This document shows positions 44,923 through 54,970 of a stretch of DNA of 64,000 bases, piece after piece. Source of the DNA: a virus (lineage: Duplodnaviria; Caudoviricetes); IMG/VR virus record IMGVR_UViG_3300014205_000023, positions 1,481-65,480 of that record. One strand, written 5' to 3'. The notes below the pieces were generated by a model, which made no database searches, was not told the DNA's origin, and worked only from the letters and a program-made list of their open reading frames with translations. A program made the position numbers and the translations under genes. Every line of letters starts with the position of its first letter. Within the stretch, counting starts at the first letter, position 1.

Positions 44923-47072
44923 TACAACACCGGCGCCGTGGTGACCCACGCGCTCCCGTCTGGCAGTCCGTAGACGGTCACGGGCTGGCCGTTGATCGTA
45001 CTCACGACGTTGGCCGCGCCGTTGATCTGCTCGGCGCCGTCTCCCTCGATCGTGATGTTGTGCGTCGTCGCCGATCGCGTGTGGTCGAGGAACTGCACTT
45101 CGCGCTCAGCGTTGGCCGCGACGGGGGGCATCGTGCAGGTCACGTCACCGCCCGAGCAGTCCACGAGCACGCGGGACACGCCGATCGGGATCGGGTTCGG
45201 GTTGGTCGTGTGGTCGACCGTGATGCTCGACACGTAGCAGGTGCCCGAGTGAACCACAGCGGACCCGTCGGTCTTCCACGGCGTGGCGATGCCGACGAAG
45301 TGGTTGCCGCCGTCGATGACGAGCCCGCCAGCCACGCTCGCAACTACCTCGATCCCAGTTGTGAGGTTGTCGCCCGCGATGTTGCGGATCGTGTTCCCGC
45401 TTATGGTGACGACGCCAGTCGCCGCGAGGTCGCGCACAAGGATCGCGCGGTTCGGCTGGACGTTCGTCGCACAGCACCCGACGATCGTGTTGCCGTGAAT
45501 TGAGACCGTGCCCGAGTGCCCGCGCACCTCGATGCCGGCGCCGCAGTAGTTGGGGACACCGTTCGTGAACCAGTAGCCGTCGATTCCAGTGATCGTGTTG
45601 TTCGCGATCTCGCACACCGCGTCTGGGTTCGCCGTCCCGAACACGGCGATGGCGCTCGTGCCTGACAGGTGCATGTCCGAGTCGTAGACGGTGTTTCCGT
45701 TGACGATTGCATGCCCGTGGCAGTCGACGACGAGCAGCCAGACGCCGATCATCTCGGCGGTCGTGTTGCTCAGGATGTTTCCAACGATCTCCGCCGACTC
45801 GGCGGCCACCTGCATCGGCGAGAACCAAGTTCTCTCGACCCAGTTGCCCATGAACCGAGCGCCCTTGCTCTGGCCCGCTGTCGAGTTGCAGTTGATGCCG
45901 TTCAGGTTCGTTTCGCGGATGATGCAGAACGATCCGCTGATGCCGGGGCAGTCGCCATCGTTGTAGAGCGCCTCGTCTCGGAACGCCTTGGCGGTGACCC
46001 GCTCGTACCGGAAGCGTGGACAAGCGTTCGCATAGAGCCCCTTGCGCCCGAGCTGCGCCGTCTGCACTCCGTCGAACGCGACCACCGCTCCTTCTAGCTG
46101 CACGTTTTCCAACGCGCAGTCAGAGCAGTTGACGAACGAGAGCAGGCCGTAATAGGCGCCGGTGGGGGCTCCCACGGCGGTGTCTGCGCGCCCGTCCACG
46201 ATGCGCGTCGCGCCATTGCCTGAGCCGCGCACGGTCACGCCGGTCGCGCTCGTGAGCCCCAGGTTCTGGCAAACGCCGTACGAACCGGCACTGAGCTGCA
46301 CAACGCCGCCACCCGCCGCCTTGGCCGCGTCAAGCGCGAGCTGGATTGCCGGGCCATTGTCCGTGCCCCAGTCGCAATCAGCAGTCCCGGCGACGCTGGT
46401 CAGCGCGACATCGGCCATCTCGACACTGCCCGCGCTCGTGAACGAGGCAATCGTAGTGAAGTGGTCCGCACCGGCCAGGCCAGCACCGCGCACGCGCAGG
46501 GTCTTACCGACGTCGCCGGCCACGAACGGGTTGGATGCGCTCGTCAGTGTCGCGTCGGTCGCAACGGTCGTGCCGTTGGTCACGAATTGCAGGTCGGCGA
46601 TGGCGCCGTACGCTTCGGGGCGGAAGGTGCCGAGCGACGACGAGAGCCGCAGCGCGCGGTTGATGGGCCGCACCATCCCGTACGCTGCCGAGCTTTCCTT
46701 GTTCGTGTCGTTCTGCTCGTCCGCAACCAGCACCTCGACGCCATCGCTGGTCGGCACATAGAACTTTCCCGTGGCCGTGCAGGCCGACGAGGGCTCGCCA
46801 GTCGCGGTGTCGATGCCGCCATTGATGACGCACTGCAGAGCCGCAGCGGTCCCGGCGAGCAGGGCCGTGGTCGTGCAGGTCTCGTTGTGCGCGCCCGCGA
46901 CGGCCAGCGCGTAGCTGGTCGTAAGGCTCGTGTCGTCCGTGCGCACGAGCGTCCAAGCACACGTGTTGACGCCGACGGTTGACGCGAGCGTGGCCGTGAT
47001 GGCGCCGCCGGCAGCGATGCTGACGCTGGTCGTCGTCGCGCTGCCGTTGATCGTGAAGGCTGGGCTGGGCAT
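44922..47072 (-). CDS. Tailspike with right-handed beta-helix (putative depolymerase)
   Basis: PEAYGAIAD...DNGPAIQLALDAAKAAGGGVVQLSAGSY followed by Asn-ladder repeats (VNGNTV, IANNTI, IHGNTI). Confidence 0.85.
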   Translation of the reverse strand: MPSPAFTINGSATTTSVSIAAGGAITATLASTVGVNTCAWTLVRTDDTSLTTSYALAVAGAHNETCTTTALLAGTAAALQCVINGGIDTATGEPSSACTATGKFYVPTSDGVEVLVADEQNDTNKESSAAYGMVRPINRALRLSSSLGTFRPEAYGAIADLQFVTNGTTVATDATLTSASNPFVAGDVGKTLRVRGAGLAGADHFTTIASFTSAGSVEMADVALTSVAGTADCDWGTDNGPAIQLALDAAKAAGGGVVQLSAGSYGVCQNLGLTSATGVTVRGSGNGATRIVDGRADTAVGAPTGAYYGLLSFVNCSDCALENVQLEGAVVAFDGVQTAQLGRKGLYANACPRFRYERVTAKAFRDEALYNDGDCPGISGSFCIIRETNLNGINCNSTAGQSKGARFMGNWVERTWFSPMQVAAESAEIVGNILSNTTAEMIGVWLLVVDCHGHAIVNGNTVYDSDMHLSGTSAIAVFGTANPDAVCEIANNTITGIDGYWFTNGVPNYCGAGIEVRGHSGTVSIHGNTIVGCCATNVQPNRAILVRDLAATGVVTISGNTIRNIAGDNLTTGIEVVASVAGGLVIDGGNHFVGIATPWKTDGSAVVHSGTCYVSSITVDHTTNPNPIPIGVSRVLVDCSGGDVTCTMPPVAANAEREVQFLDHTRSATTHNITIEGDGAEQINGAANVVSTINGQPVTVYGLPDGSAWVTTAPVL

Positions 47073-47139
47073 AGGTAGTCCGGTGCGTCACGGCACAAGC
47101 CGGCGCGTGGTCGGGAATCGTCGTCTTTGGCGTGCTGGG

Positions 47140-47952
47140 CTAGGCGGCTGCGTCAGTCACTTTTCGCCACGCGGCGCCGTTGTAGACGCAGATTTGGGTC
47201 AGGTCGGTGTCGTAGACCGTGAGCCCAGCAACGGCCGTTAGTGCCCCGCGCTGTGCTGTCGTCACGCACATGAGCCCGAGCGGGTTGGTAAGCGCGACAT
47301 TGCCCGTGAGCGGCGTGTCTGCGTGTGTGTTGTTCTGCGCGCCGATTGAGAGCGTGGCCGGTGCAACCCCGTGGCCAAGGTCGTTGGACTCTTGCCCAAC
47401 CGCTGGCGCGGCCACCGCGTAGCCGAACCGCAGACTAGGAGCCCCAACGAACACGTCGGTAGCAGAAACGAACAGCCGCTCAACACCGCCCGGGCAGATG
47501 GCGAAGTCGTTCGGTGGCGACACGCCCACGTCCCCGTCCGTGTCGATGCGGAATCGCACCGCGGCGGAGGCGTCCTGTAGCTCCAACGCCCCGTGCGTCG
47601 CGACGCCGTGACCTGGCCGCGCTACCCAATTTCCGCCGATGTCTGTGGCGCCAAGCCCGTCGCCGCCGCGCGAGAAGTAGACGCCGCCGGTCGATGCCGC
47701 TGCCGCGCTGTTTACGTCCTGGGCGTGGGCCGTTAGGACTTCGCCGGTTACACCCGGGGTCGTGTCGGTGGCCTGGTAGATATTCGGCGCCGCAACGTCG
47801 TAAGCCCAACACAGAAACTGCCCAAGAGCGAACGTCACTGTCCCGCCCGAATGCGTCGGCGCTAGCCCGCCAACAAAATCGAACGTGGTCCGCGCGCTGC
47901 AGGCCACCACGGCCCCGTCCTTCTTCAGCTCGAACAGATCAACAAGGCTCAT
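47140..47952 (-). CDS. Tail fibre-like protein
   Basis: VRFRIDTDGDVG, TTAQRGAL..AGLTVYDTD...YNGAAW. Confidence 0.7.
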   Translation of the reverse strand: MSLVDLFELKKDGAVVACSARTTFDFVGGLAPTHSGGTVTFALGQFLCWAYDVAAPNIYQATDTTPGVTGEVLTAHAQDVNSAAAASTGGVYFSRGGDGLGATDIGGNWVARPGHGVATHGALELQDASAAVRFRIDTDGDVGVSPPNDFAICPGGVERLFVSATDVFVGAPSLRFGYAVAAPAVGQESNDLGHGVAPATLSIGAQNNTHADTPLTGNVALTNPLGLMCVTTAQRGALTAVAGLTVYDTDLTQICVYNGAAWRKVTDAAA

Positions 47953-47961
47953 GGTGGTTCT

Positions 47962-49074
47962 CTACAGTGTGCGGCGAACGAATCCGTAGCGGTGCCAGGC
48001 CGACACGGCGCCCGGGGGCTCGCCGGCCGGCGCGGTCGCGACGACGATCGCCAGCGCGTCTAGGTACGCAGCAATCAGCGTGTCCAGCTTGGAGATTGAG
48101 TAGGTCAGCGGATTGGTCACGTCCTCGGTCGTGTGACAGAACGGCTCAAGCGGCGGGCCGAAGTCACCATCCAACACGCGATGCCGCTCATAGATGCGCC
48201 ATCGAAGGTCCGCGCTGAGCACCGTCGCGCTGGCCGTGTTGGTGGCGGTCGGTGCGAGCAGGGTGCAGAACAGGTCGTCCCCGTTGTGCCAGTTCGCAGC
48301 CGCAGCGGAACCGTTCCGGCAGTGCGCAACGATGACCTGCCGCAACCTGTTGAGCAGCGCGATGGCGCCGACCTGGCTGTTGCACGCCGTGGACAGGGTG
48401 CGGTTGGTAGCGTCCGCGACCGGGTGGCACGGGCCGGCGCCGACCAGCACGCGGTGTGCCTCGTAGTGCGTGCGCAGGTCGTTGGCGCCGTTCTGTAGCG
48501 AGTTGCCATCCGCGCCATACTCGCCGGCAACGTCAAGCGCGATGCCGACCAGCCCAGCCAGCGCCGCTACCGGTCCGGCCATGATCGCTGCTTCGCGCGC
48601 CGCCTCGGTCGTGTGGTCGACCAGTTCGGCAGTCAGGATCGTCGTGCTGTTGACTCCCATGCGCAGCGTCGCGCCGTCGCCCCGCTCGGTGACGATCGGC
48701 AGGTCCACCTCGGCTAGCACCGAAACAGTCCCGGTCTGAGTTGCGGCCCAAATGTAGCGATCCTCGCCGGCCGGGTCGCCTTGGTACGACGGCTGCCCGA
48801 GCGTGCTGGTGTACTCGTGGCACGTCACGCTGTAGACGCCCGGCGCGTCCGGCGTGAACACGTCCGTTGCAAGACCGCGCTCCAACGCCTCGGCCGCAGT
48901 GCCCGGCACTGGGTCGCCCGCGTACTGAGACGAGAGCAGCAGGCCGGTGGCGAGCGCCGACGACTCGGGAACGGCCGTCAGCTCGTAGGCAAAGGCGGTC
49001 CCGGTCGTAGCCGTGACGTCAAGCGTCACCTCGTCATCAGCGAGCGGGCTGGCTGGGGTGTGGGTGACAGCCAT
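47962..49074 (-). CDS. Hypothetical virion protein
   Basis: 370 aa in the tail-distal cluster. Confidence 0.65.
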   Translation of the reverse strand: MAVTHTPASPLADDEVTLDVTATTGTAFAYELTAVPESSALATGLLLSSQYAGDPVPGTAAEALERGLATDVFTPDAPGVYSVTCHEYTSTLGQPSYQGDPAGEDRYIWAATQTGTVSVLAEVDLPIVTERGDGATLRMGVNSTTILTAELVDHTTEAAREAAIMAGPVAALAGLVGIALDVAGEYGADGNSLQNGANDLRTHYEAHRVLVGAGPCHPVADATNRTLSTACNSQVGAIALLNRLRQVIVAHCRNGSAAAANWHNGDDLFCTLLAPTATNTASATVLSADLRWRIYERHRVLDGDFGPPLEPFCHTTEDVTNPLTYSISKLDTLIAAYLDALAIVVATAPAGEPPGAVSAWHRYGFVRRTL

Positions 49075-49077
49075 CGG

Positions 49078-49752
49078 CTACCAGTCTGGATAGGAGGTGC
49101 AGGTGCAGGTGATGATGATGCTCCACACCCTGGAGTCTGTCGCCCAGTTTGCGCCCGACTCGCTGTACAATGTCAGTACATGGCGAAAGCCGCCCGTGTT
49201 GATCGGGATGGCGAGCGCGTCCTTGAACAGCCAGTGGTTACCCTCGTAAGTAGCCTTGTCCGCAACGCTGTCCGTGATGGTTTCAAGCACAACGCGGGCC
49301 CCAGTGTCGTTGATTGTAGACAGCTCTACGTACTGCGGAGTTGGAGCCCCCCCGGGGAAGGCTCCGTGAGCCTGCCCTCCTCGGCACCACAGCGCCACCT
49401 TTTGAATCGCCTGATTGTGCGGGAGTCCAATCAATTCGAATTCCATCGCACCCTGGGCGACCGTGTTTTCCCAGAACATGCCCGCGAGATCGTACGCCCA
49501 GTTGCTAAGCACCTGGGCGCAGTAGAGCGGCATCGTCTTGGGAACGTCGCGCGACGCGAGTTTGATCAGCGACGTGCCGGCGCACGTCAGCCCCTGTCCG
49601 CCGACAAGGATCGTCGCCGTTGGGTTGTACGTCCCGCCGTCGGTACCATCAATCGCGCGCGTGGTGTTGGTGTCGATCCCGTTGATCTGCGCGGCGCTGA
49701 TCGTGGTGGTGTCGTCGGTCCAGTTGCCCGGGTTGACTCGAACGATGGTCAT
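49078..49752 (-). CDS. Tail fibre attachment-like protein
   Basis: ISAAQINGIDTN..RAIDGTDGGTYNP; follows the gp48-like gene (ATGA overlap). Confidence 0.65.
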   Translation of the reverse strand: MTIVRVNPGNWTDDTTTISAAQINGIDTNTTRAIDGTDGGTYNPTATILVGGQGLTCAGTSLIKLASRDVPKTMPLYCAQVLSNWAYDLAGMFWENTVAQGAMEFELIGLPHNQAIQKVALWCRGGQAHGAFPGGAPTPQYVELSTINDTGARVVLETITDSVADKATYEGNHWLFKDALAIPINTGGFRHVLTLYSESGANWATDSRVWSIIITCTCTSYPDW

Positions 49753-50399
49753 AGGTAGGTCTTTCCGACAACGCCGATCCCGACAACGAACGAACTGCCA
49801 ACGCCGACGCAATACGCGGCCCAGGCCGGTAGCGAGCGCTCGAACGCAACGGCCACCGCGTCGCGCTTGGCGTCGTAGCTCGCGTTGGTGCTCAGCGCGT
49901 TCGTGTTCAGCACAACGCCGTACCGGCAGCGGTTCGTTGACCACTCAAGCGACGGCGGGCCGGGGTTGATTCCGGGCCAGTAGACAGTGTGGTCGGCAGG
50001 GTCCACAACGCGCAGCTCTTCGAAGTTTGCGCCCAGTGCTCGCGCGGCTACGTCTTCGAGGTCGCCGTAGCTGTTGCCTACAAGCGCGCGATTGTGCGCC
50101 GCGAGCCGCTGCCGACGCTCGTAGTCCGAATCTTCAAGTACAGGCCGAAGCCCGCAGCACGTCTCCCAGCCGGGCAGCGCCTCAATCATGCGGGTCGGGA
50201 TGGCCTGGTTTGCTGCGCGCCGAGTGCACGCCCACGCGGACGCCAACACCGTTGCCTCGCCGTACGCCTCGCACCAGTTCTCGGTGCCGCTGTTCGGATC
50301 TAGCGCCGGCTCAAGCGCGCCCAGGATAGCGCGCTGCTCTAGGCTGTGGAAGTCCTCGTCCTCGCCAATCGGGACTGGAAACTGTACGGCTAGACCCAT
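49749..50399 (-). CDS. Baseplate wedge protein (Mu gp48 / DUF2313-like)
   Basis: LPGWETCCGLRP....ERRQRLAA; RSLPAW. Confidence 0.75.
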   Translation of the reverse strand: MGLAVQFPVPIGEDEDFHSLEQRAILGALEPALDPNSGTENWCEAYGEATVLASAWACTRRAANQAIPTRMIEALPGWETCCGLRPVLEDSDYERRQRLAAHNRALVGNSYGDLEDVAARALGANFEELRVVDPADHTVYWPGINPGPPSLEWSTNRCRYGVVLNTNALSTNASYDAKRDAVAVAFERSLPAWAAYCVGVGSSFVVGIGVVGKTYL

Positions 50400-50407
50400 G
50401 GCGGCGC

Positions 50408-50917
50408 TCAGTAGAACGTGACGACAACGGTCAGGACCGCTGCGCCCACGTCGCCCACGTCCGCGTCTGTGCCGTGCGGGGAGTGAATGACGAACGTGCC
50501 GCCGCTGCTCGTAACAGTGAGCGGCCTGCCTTGCACCACGTCGCCGGCCGTCGCCGAGATGATCTCAACAGTGGCGCCAAGGAAGTTGAGTGTTTCGACG
50601 ATGCCAAGCGAGTCGGTGAACGTGGCCGGGTAGGCGATGGTGTAGCGGCCAGTAGCGGTCTTCGTGACCGTTGGCTTCTGCGCGTCGCCGTTGCCCCATA
50701 GTGAGCGGTGCTGGACGGCCGCGGTTGCATACACTACCGGCGCGGCCACCGCGGTTGTGTTGAACCGGACAACGGCCTGCACCTTGCAGCACGTGAGCTG
50801 CGCGACGTCCTCGGCCTCGCGATTGTACTCGCCAGCGGTCAGCTCAGACTCAGGGTTCTGTACTGGCTTGGCGTCAACCTTCGGTCCGCCGTAGTCTGCT
50901 AGGTCTCGTGCATCCAT
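50408..50917 (-). CDS. Hypothetical baseplate-region protein
   Basis: 169 aa between the J-like and gp48-like genes. Confidence 0.6.
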   Translation of the reverse strand: MDARDLADYGGPKVDAKPVQNPESELTAGEYNREAEDVAQLTCCKVQAVVRFNTTAVAAPVVYATAAVQHRSLWGNGDAQKPTVTKTATGRYTIAYPATFTDSLGIVETLNFLGATVEIISATAGDVVQGRPLTVTSSGGTFVIHSPHGTDADVGDVGAAVLTVVVTFY

Positions 50918-50921
50918 TGCG

Positions 50922-52475
50922 CTAGGTCTTTCGGCGGAACGCCAGGCAGGAAATCGTGATGATGCGCGGCGCGCTGGTCACAACCGCTGGGACGTCCGGC
51001 GTGTAGCTCGGCGTGTAGGCCGATGTGCCGGTCGCGCCGGTGCCGTGCAAGAAGCACTCGGCAAAAGACGCATCGCGCACTTCCGGGTAGGCCGTGCTGA
51101 GCGAGGCGAGCAGCGGAGATGCCAGGTCGGCCGGGTACGAGACGTCTGGCGACGGGTTGCGCGCGGCCCGTGGTAGCCGGTCGGCGCTGTCCGTCTTCTC
51201 GCCGGGCCCGAGCGCCATGATGGCATCGCGCAGAATCTTGCCGTAGAGCTTGATGTTGTACGCACCGGGCGACACGAACATGCCGCGCGTGATGTTGCTG
51301 AATGCATCGACGGTGGCGTCAAGCGTCAGTGAGTACGCGCCCGCGCCGCCGCCTACCGCGGTGATTGTGAACTCAGCGAACTCGCCAAAGCCGTCATCGC
51401 CGCCGGTCGGGTTCCAGATCGCAATGCGGTTGCCAGCGGCCGGAACGTTCGTGGCGGTGCTGTTCACGATGATTTGGCGCGTTGCTGGCGTCACCGTCGT
51501 GACCTCGGCCCGCACGTGGGTTGCGGTCTCCGCGTCGCTTGGCCACGGGACAGCATCGCGCCACCCACCACCGGCCCCGCCCGATGCGATTGGCAGCGGC
51601 AGGTCCAGGTCAATGACGATCATGGTGGACTGTGCAACGATGCTCGTGACGAGCAGGTCAGACCAGCCCGGCATCTCAGCGATGATGCCCGCCGCAACGC
51701 TGGACGTGACCGACGCGCCCAGGAGCCGCGTGGGGTCGTCGTTCGTCACCACGCACACGTCATAGCTGCCGGGCCCGCGCGCTGCCGAGTAGACGAACGC
51801 GGCCGACACGGCTGCGCTGGCGTCCTCGGACCAGCCGATTACCTGCGACGGATTGCCGCCCACTGCTGGGAACTGAAGCCTGCGCAAGAGCCGTTCGCGC
51901 AGTGCCTCGTCGTCGTCCGCCGCGGCCCCGCCGGTGATGCCGCCGGCCGAAACGGTGCAGGTGCGGGCCAGACCGCCAATCGCCGCGCTGTCCCAGGTCA
52001 GGATGTCGCCTGAGTCTAGGTTGCCAAGCTCGCCAGCTTCGACCGATTGAATCTCGACGTAGCTGCCAGACGGCCCGGTGACAGCCACGGTGACCGAGTA
52101 CTGTACGCCGTCGCCGCTGGTCGCCTTGAACGACGCGGGGATGGTCACAGACAGCGTTGTGGGCGTTGTGGTGTAGCGCACCAGCCCGGCCGCGAAAGAC
52201 GCGGAGCGGGCCGTGATGCCGTACAGCGAGCACATCGCAGCCAGGTCGTCGCCGGTCGCGGTCAGCGGCGAGAACCGGGCGACGACGATCTGGTTATTGG
52301 CGATCGCGATGCTGAGCCGGTTCGCGAACGCCTGGGCCCGGTAGTACAGCTCCGAGCCCTTGGCGACGTTGGCGGTCAGCCCCGCTTGGTGATACGACCA
52401 GCGAATGTCCGATAGGATCTGCCCGCGGATCTCGTCAGGCGTCGGGTAGCTTTCGTTCTGGACTGCTAGGGTCAT
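50922..52475 (-). CDS. Baseplate J-like protein (Mu gp47)
   Basis: ATGDDL..YGITAR, GELGNL, ITGGAAADDDEALRERLL, GGNPSQ..WS, ARGPGS. Confidence 0.92.
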   Translation of the reverse strand: MTLAVQNESYPTPDEIRGQILSDIRWSYHQAGLTANVAKGSELYYRAQAFANRLSIAIANNQIVVARFSPLTATGDDLAAMCSLYGITARSASFAAGLVRYTTTPTTLSVTIPASFKATSGDGVQYSVTVAVTGPSGSYVEIQSVEAGELGNLDSGDILTWDSAAIGGLARTCTVSAGGITGGAAADDDEALRERLLRRLQFPAVGGNPSQVIGWSEDASAAVSAAFVYSAARGPGSYDVCVVTNDDPTRLLGASVTSSVAAGIIAEMPGWSDLLVTSIVAQSTMIVIDLDLPLPIASGGAGGGWRDAVPWPSDAETATHVRAEVTTVTPATRQIIVNSTATNVPAAGNRIAIWNPTGGDDGFGEFAEFTITAVGGGAGAYSLTLDATVDAFSNITRGMFVSPGAYNIKLYGKILRDAIMALGPGEKTDSADRLPRAARNPSPDVSYPADLASPLLASLSTAYPEVRDASFAECFLHGTGATGTSAYTPSYTPDVPAVVTSAPRIITISCLAFRRKT

Positions 52476-52477
52476 GG

Positions 52478-52867
52478 CTACGCCTGAACGGTATCGTCCT
52501 GGCCGGTGGTCAGGTCGCGGTACGTGATGGTCCGGTACGTCGTGCCGGCCGAGTTGCTGCCCACCTCGACGCTGCGCAGCTCAATCGCGGGCGGCTTGCT
52601 CGCGGTCAGCACCGACAGGGCCGCGATGATGCGGTAGCGCGCCTCGGACATGTCGCTTTCGGAGATGAAGCGCTTGGGGACGTCGGCAAACGAGACGAGC
52701 AGCAGCACGCGCTGAGCGGTGCTCTGCATCGAATCGTTGCCGCCGGTCGTCGCGTCTAGCTCGTAGCGCTTCGTCTGTGCGTTCACAGACCGCGACGAAT
52801 GCAGATCTGGCCTGGGCAGCACCGGGAGCGTGACGGGCAGCGCGTGGGGGCCTCGGGTGTACGGCAT
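52478..52867 (-). CDS. Baseplate wedge initiator (gp46/gp25-like)
   Basis: QSTAQRVLLL...RIIAAL..ITYRDLTTG; directly upstream of J. Confidence 0.65.
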   Translation of the reverse strand: MPYTRGPHALPVTLPVLPRPDLHSSRSVNAQTKRYELDATTGGNDSMQSTAQRVLLLVSFADVPKRFISESDMSEARYRIIAALSVLTASKPPAIELRSVEVGSNSAGTTYRTITYRDLTTGQDDTVQA

Positions 52868-52871
52868 GGGG

Positions 52872-53195
52872 CTATACGATCGGCAGGTACTTGTCCTCGA
52901 AGCCGTTCGGGTCGGTCGGGTTGCCGGCGGCGGTCGACGTTTGAAGCGCGCCAACGTCGGACGCGATCTTCGCTTCCGCGTTCGTGCGGATGTACGTGAC
53001 GATCGCTTGCGCCAGATTCGTTGCGAGCGAGCCAAAGCCGCGGAGGATTGGAATGCAGTCTGGAACGGCCGGCAGCTCCACGCTGGTGTCGGCCGCGTAG
53101 TTGCCCACGAACTCGTCGTAGATCGCTGCCGCCATGCCGGTCTTGGTCACGGCGCCATCGTCGGCCACAGTCACGGAGCCAGCTGTCATGGTCAT
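52872..53195 (-). CDS. Hypothetical baseplate protein
   Basis: LAQAIVTYIRTNAE motif. Confidence 0.6.
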   Translation of the reverse strand: MTMTAGSVTVADDGAVTKTGMAAAIYDEFVGNYAADTSVELPAVPDCIPILRGFGSLATNLAQAIVTYIRTNAEAKIASDVGALQTSTAAGNPTDPNGFEDKYLPIV

Positions 53196-53199
53196 GGCG

Positions 53200-53541
53200 T
53201 CAGGCTCCTGGCGGTGGGTCGAGGGGGCAGAACGGGTTGGGTAGCGTGGGGAGCTTGGGAAGCGGCAACGGGGGGGGGATCGGGATGGCTGGGATGTTCA
53301 GGATCGGCAGCTTCAGCGGGATCCCAAGGTCAGGAAGCGGGGGGAAGGGAAGCGTAGGAAGCTTGGGGAGCGGCAACGGCGGCGGGATTGGAAGCGCCGG
53401 CAGGGTCAGCAGCGGGAGCTTGAGTGGAATGCCGAGGTCCGGCAGGGGCGGGAAGGGCAGGACCGGCAGCTTCGGCAACGGGAGCGGCGGGGGAATTGGC
53501 AGCGCCGGCAGCGACAGCGGCGGGAACTTGCAGAGACTCAC
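53200..53541 (-). CDS. Pro/Leu-rich repeat protein
   Basis: 44 of 113 residues are Pro; 36-aa unit x2.5; GTGA-coupled to the spike gene. Confidence 0.7.
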   Translation of the reverse strand: MSLCKFPPLSLPALPIPPPLPLPKLPVLPFPPLPDLGIPLKLPLLTLPALPIPPPLPLPKLPTLPFPPLPDLGIPLKLPILNIPAIPIPPPLPLPKLPTLPNPFCPLDPPPGA

Positions 53542-54212
53542 GGGATGATGGTCCAGCGAGTCGACGCGACGCCGGCCACGCCAGTCGGGCCGTACAGAAT
53601 CGACGCCGCCGGGGCTGGCATCGGCGGTGACATGGGAGCCATGGTCCCGAGCTGCCCGCCAGCGGTCGCACAGACGAACGTGCCTCCGTCAATCTGCACT
53701 GTGCCGTCCGCGTGTAGGCTGAGCTGGGCGTTCCCGACCCCAAGCGTGATGCTGTCGTCCTTCATGACGAGGAACGAACGCCCGTTCGTCATCGTCAGCG
53801 TGCCGTCTTGGCCGCTCAGCTCGACCATCATCGTTGCGTCTACCGGCTGATTCACCGTGTAGAGCACAACGGCGTCGCGGACCTGCTTGACCATGGCCCG
53901 CGCTTCGCCGTCCGTGACGATGCAACGATCGCCTGGGTCCATCGAACCGACCAGCGACGCAAAGCGATTGTCACGAACGCCCAGCACGTAGCGGCGATTG
54001 GCGTCCTGCAGGTAGAGCGCCTGCGCGGAGCCGTCGTCGTTCGGGTCGTTCGGCCGCGCGATGAAACCGTCCAGGCCCCAGAATGGCGAGGTTGCGTCTA
54101 CCCCGCGCCCATCCGACTGGTAGCCGAGCGAGCAACGAACCTCGCCCTCGTCGGCAGTACTCGACAACACGTCAGCGACGCCGACGCGAGAGGACACCGT
54201 TGCTGGGGGCAT
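53538..54212 (-). CDS. Baseplate central spike (Mu gp45 / gpV-like)
   Basis: WGLDGFIARP, LGVRDNR, MDPGDRCI; beta-repeat C-terminal half. Confidence 0.8.
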   Translation of the reverse strand: MPPATVSSRVGVADVLSSTADEGEVRCSLGYQSDGRGVDATSPFWGLDGFIARPNDPNDDGSAQALYLQDANRRYVLGVRDNRFASLVGSMDPGDRCIVTDGEARAMVKQVRDAVVLYTVNQPVDATMMVELSGQDGTLTMTNGRSFLVMKDDSITLGVGNAQLSLHADGTVQIDGGTFVCATAGGQLGTMAPMSPPMPAPAASILYGPTGVAGVASTRWTIIP

Positions 54213-54214
54213 GG

Positions 54215-54970
54215 CTACGACGTGGCGATCTGCGCTTGCAGAAGGTCGACCCACTGGATTGCGCCGTCCAACCTGCGCATCACGTACAGGTGGCAGCGCG
54301 TGAAGATTGGCGCGAGGTATTCGCGGGGCAGCAATCCGGGGAAGGCCCAGGAGTAGCCGATGTCGCTCACAGCTACCGAGTTGGGAGTGATTACGATAGA
54401 GCCGCTGAGCGTTGACAGCGGCCACGTCGACAGGTCTTCCGTGACCGTGAGCAGCTGTCGCGCGGGGTCGTCGGTTCGCTGCGACAAGTACCAGTCGTAG
54501 TCGTCCACACCGAGCACAGCATCGTCGGCGCCCATGTTGCACGTCACGTAGATTGCCGCGGTCGTGCCGGTCCAGGGCCGCGGGATGCCCATCAGGGTTG
54601 AGCCAGTGTCGCCAAACCCTGACGCCGGGAGCCGCACATTGCCGACCGGCCACGTCGGGTAACCGTCCGTGTCGCACGCCTGGGCCATGAGCGAGGCAGT
54701 GGCAGACGCAGCCTCGTTGACCAGCGGCTCCACTGTCTCGACGTAGGTGGCGTCAACCGCTGCGATGGTGTACCAGCCGTCATTGCTCGTGCTGAGCGTG
54801 ACGCGCAGGCGCTGGCCGGCAGCGAACCCGAGCGCCACGAATCCGGGCGCAACGCTCGGCGTGATACGCTTCGTTGCGGCAGAGAACGCCGCGGTGACGC
54901 CGCCCGCTGCCGTCCAGACATGGGCCGGTGCGAACATCTGCCGGAACTGCGCAAAGCTCGGAATGATCAT
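54215..54970 (-). CDS. Hypothetical baseplate protein
   Basis: 251 aa between hub and spike. Confidence 0.6.
   Translation of the reverse strand: MIIPSFAQFRQMFAPAHVWTAAGGVTAAFSAATKRITPSVAPGFVALGFAAGQRLRVTLSTSNDGWYTIAAVDATYVETVEPLVNEAASATASLMAQACDTDGYPTWPVGNVRLPASGFGDTGSTLMGIPRPWTGTTAAIYVTCNMGADDAVLGVDDYDWYLSQRTDDPARQLLTVTEDLSTWPLSTLSGSIVITPNSVAVSDIGYSWAFPGLLPREYLAPIFTRCHLYVMRRLDGAIQWVDLLQAQIATS

Noticed and set aside
44194-47952. Gin/Cin-type tail-fibre inversion driven by the serine recombinase
   Set aside because: All fibre genes are co-oriented, no inverted alternative C-terminus or gix-like sites were seen, and the recombinase is more than 30 kb away.
44194-49752. Diversity-generating retroelement
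   Set aside because: No reverse transcriptase motif and no TR/VR pair differing at adenines were found by eye.
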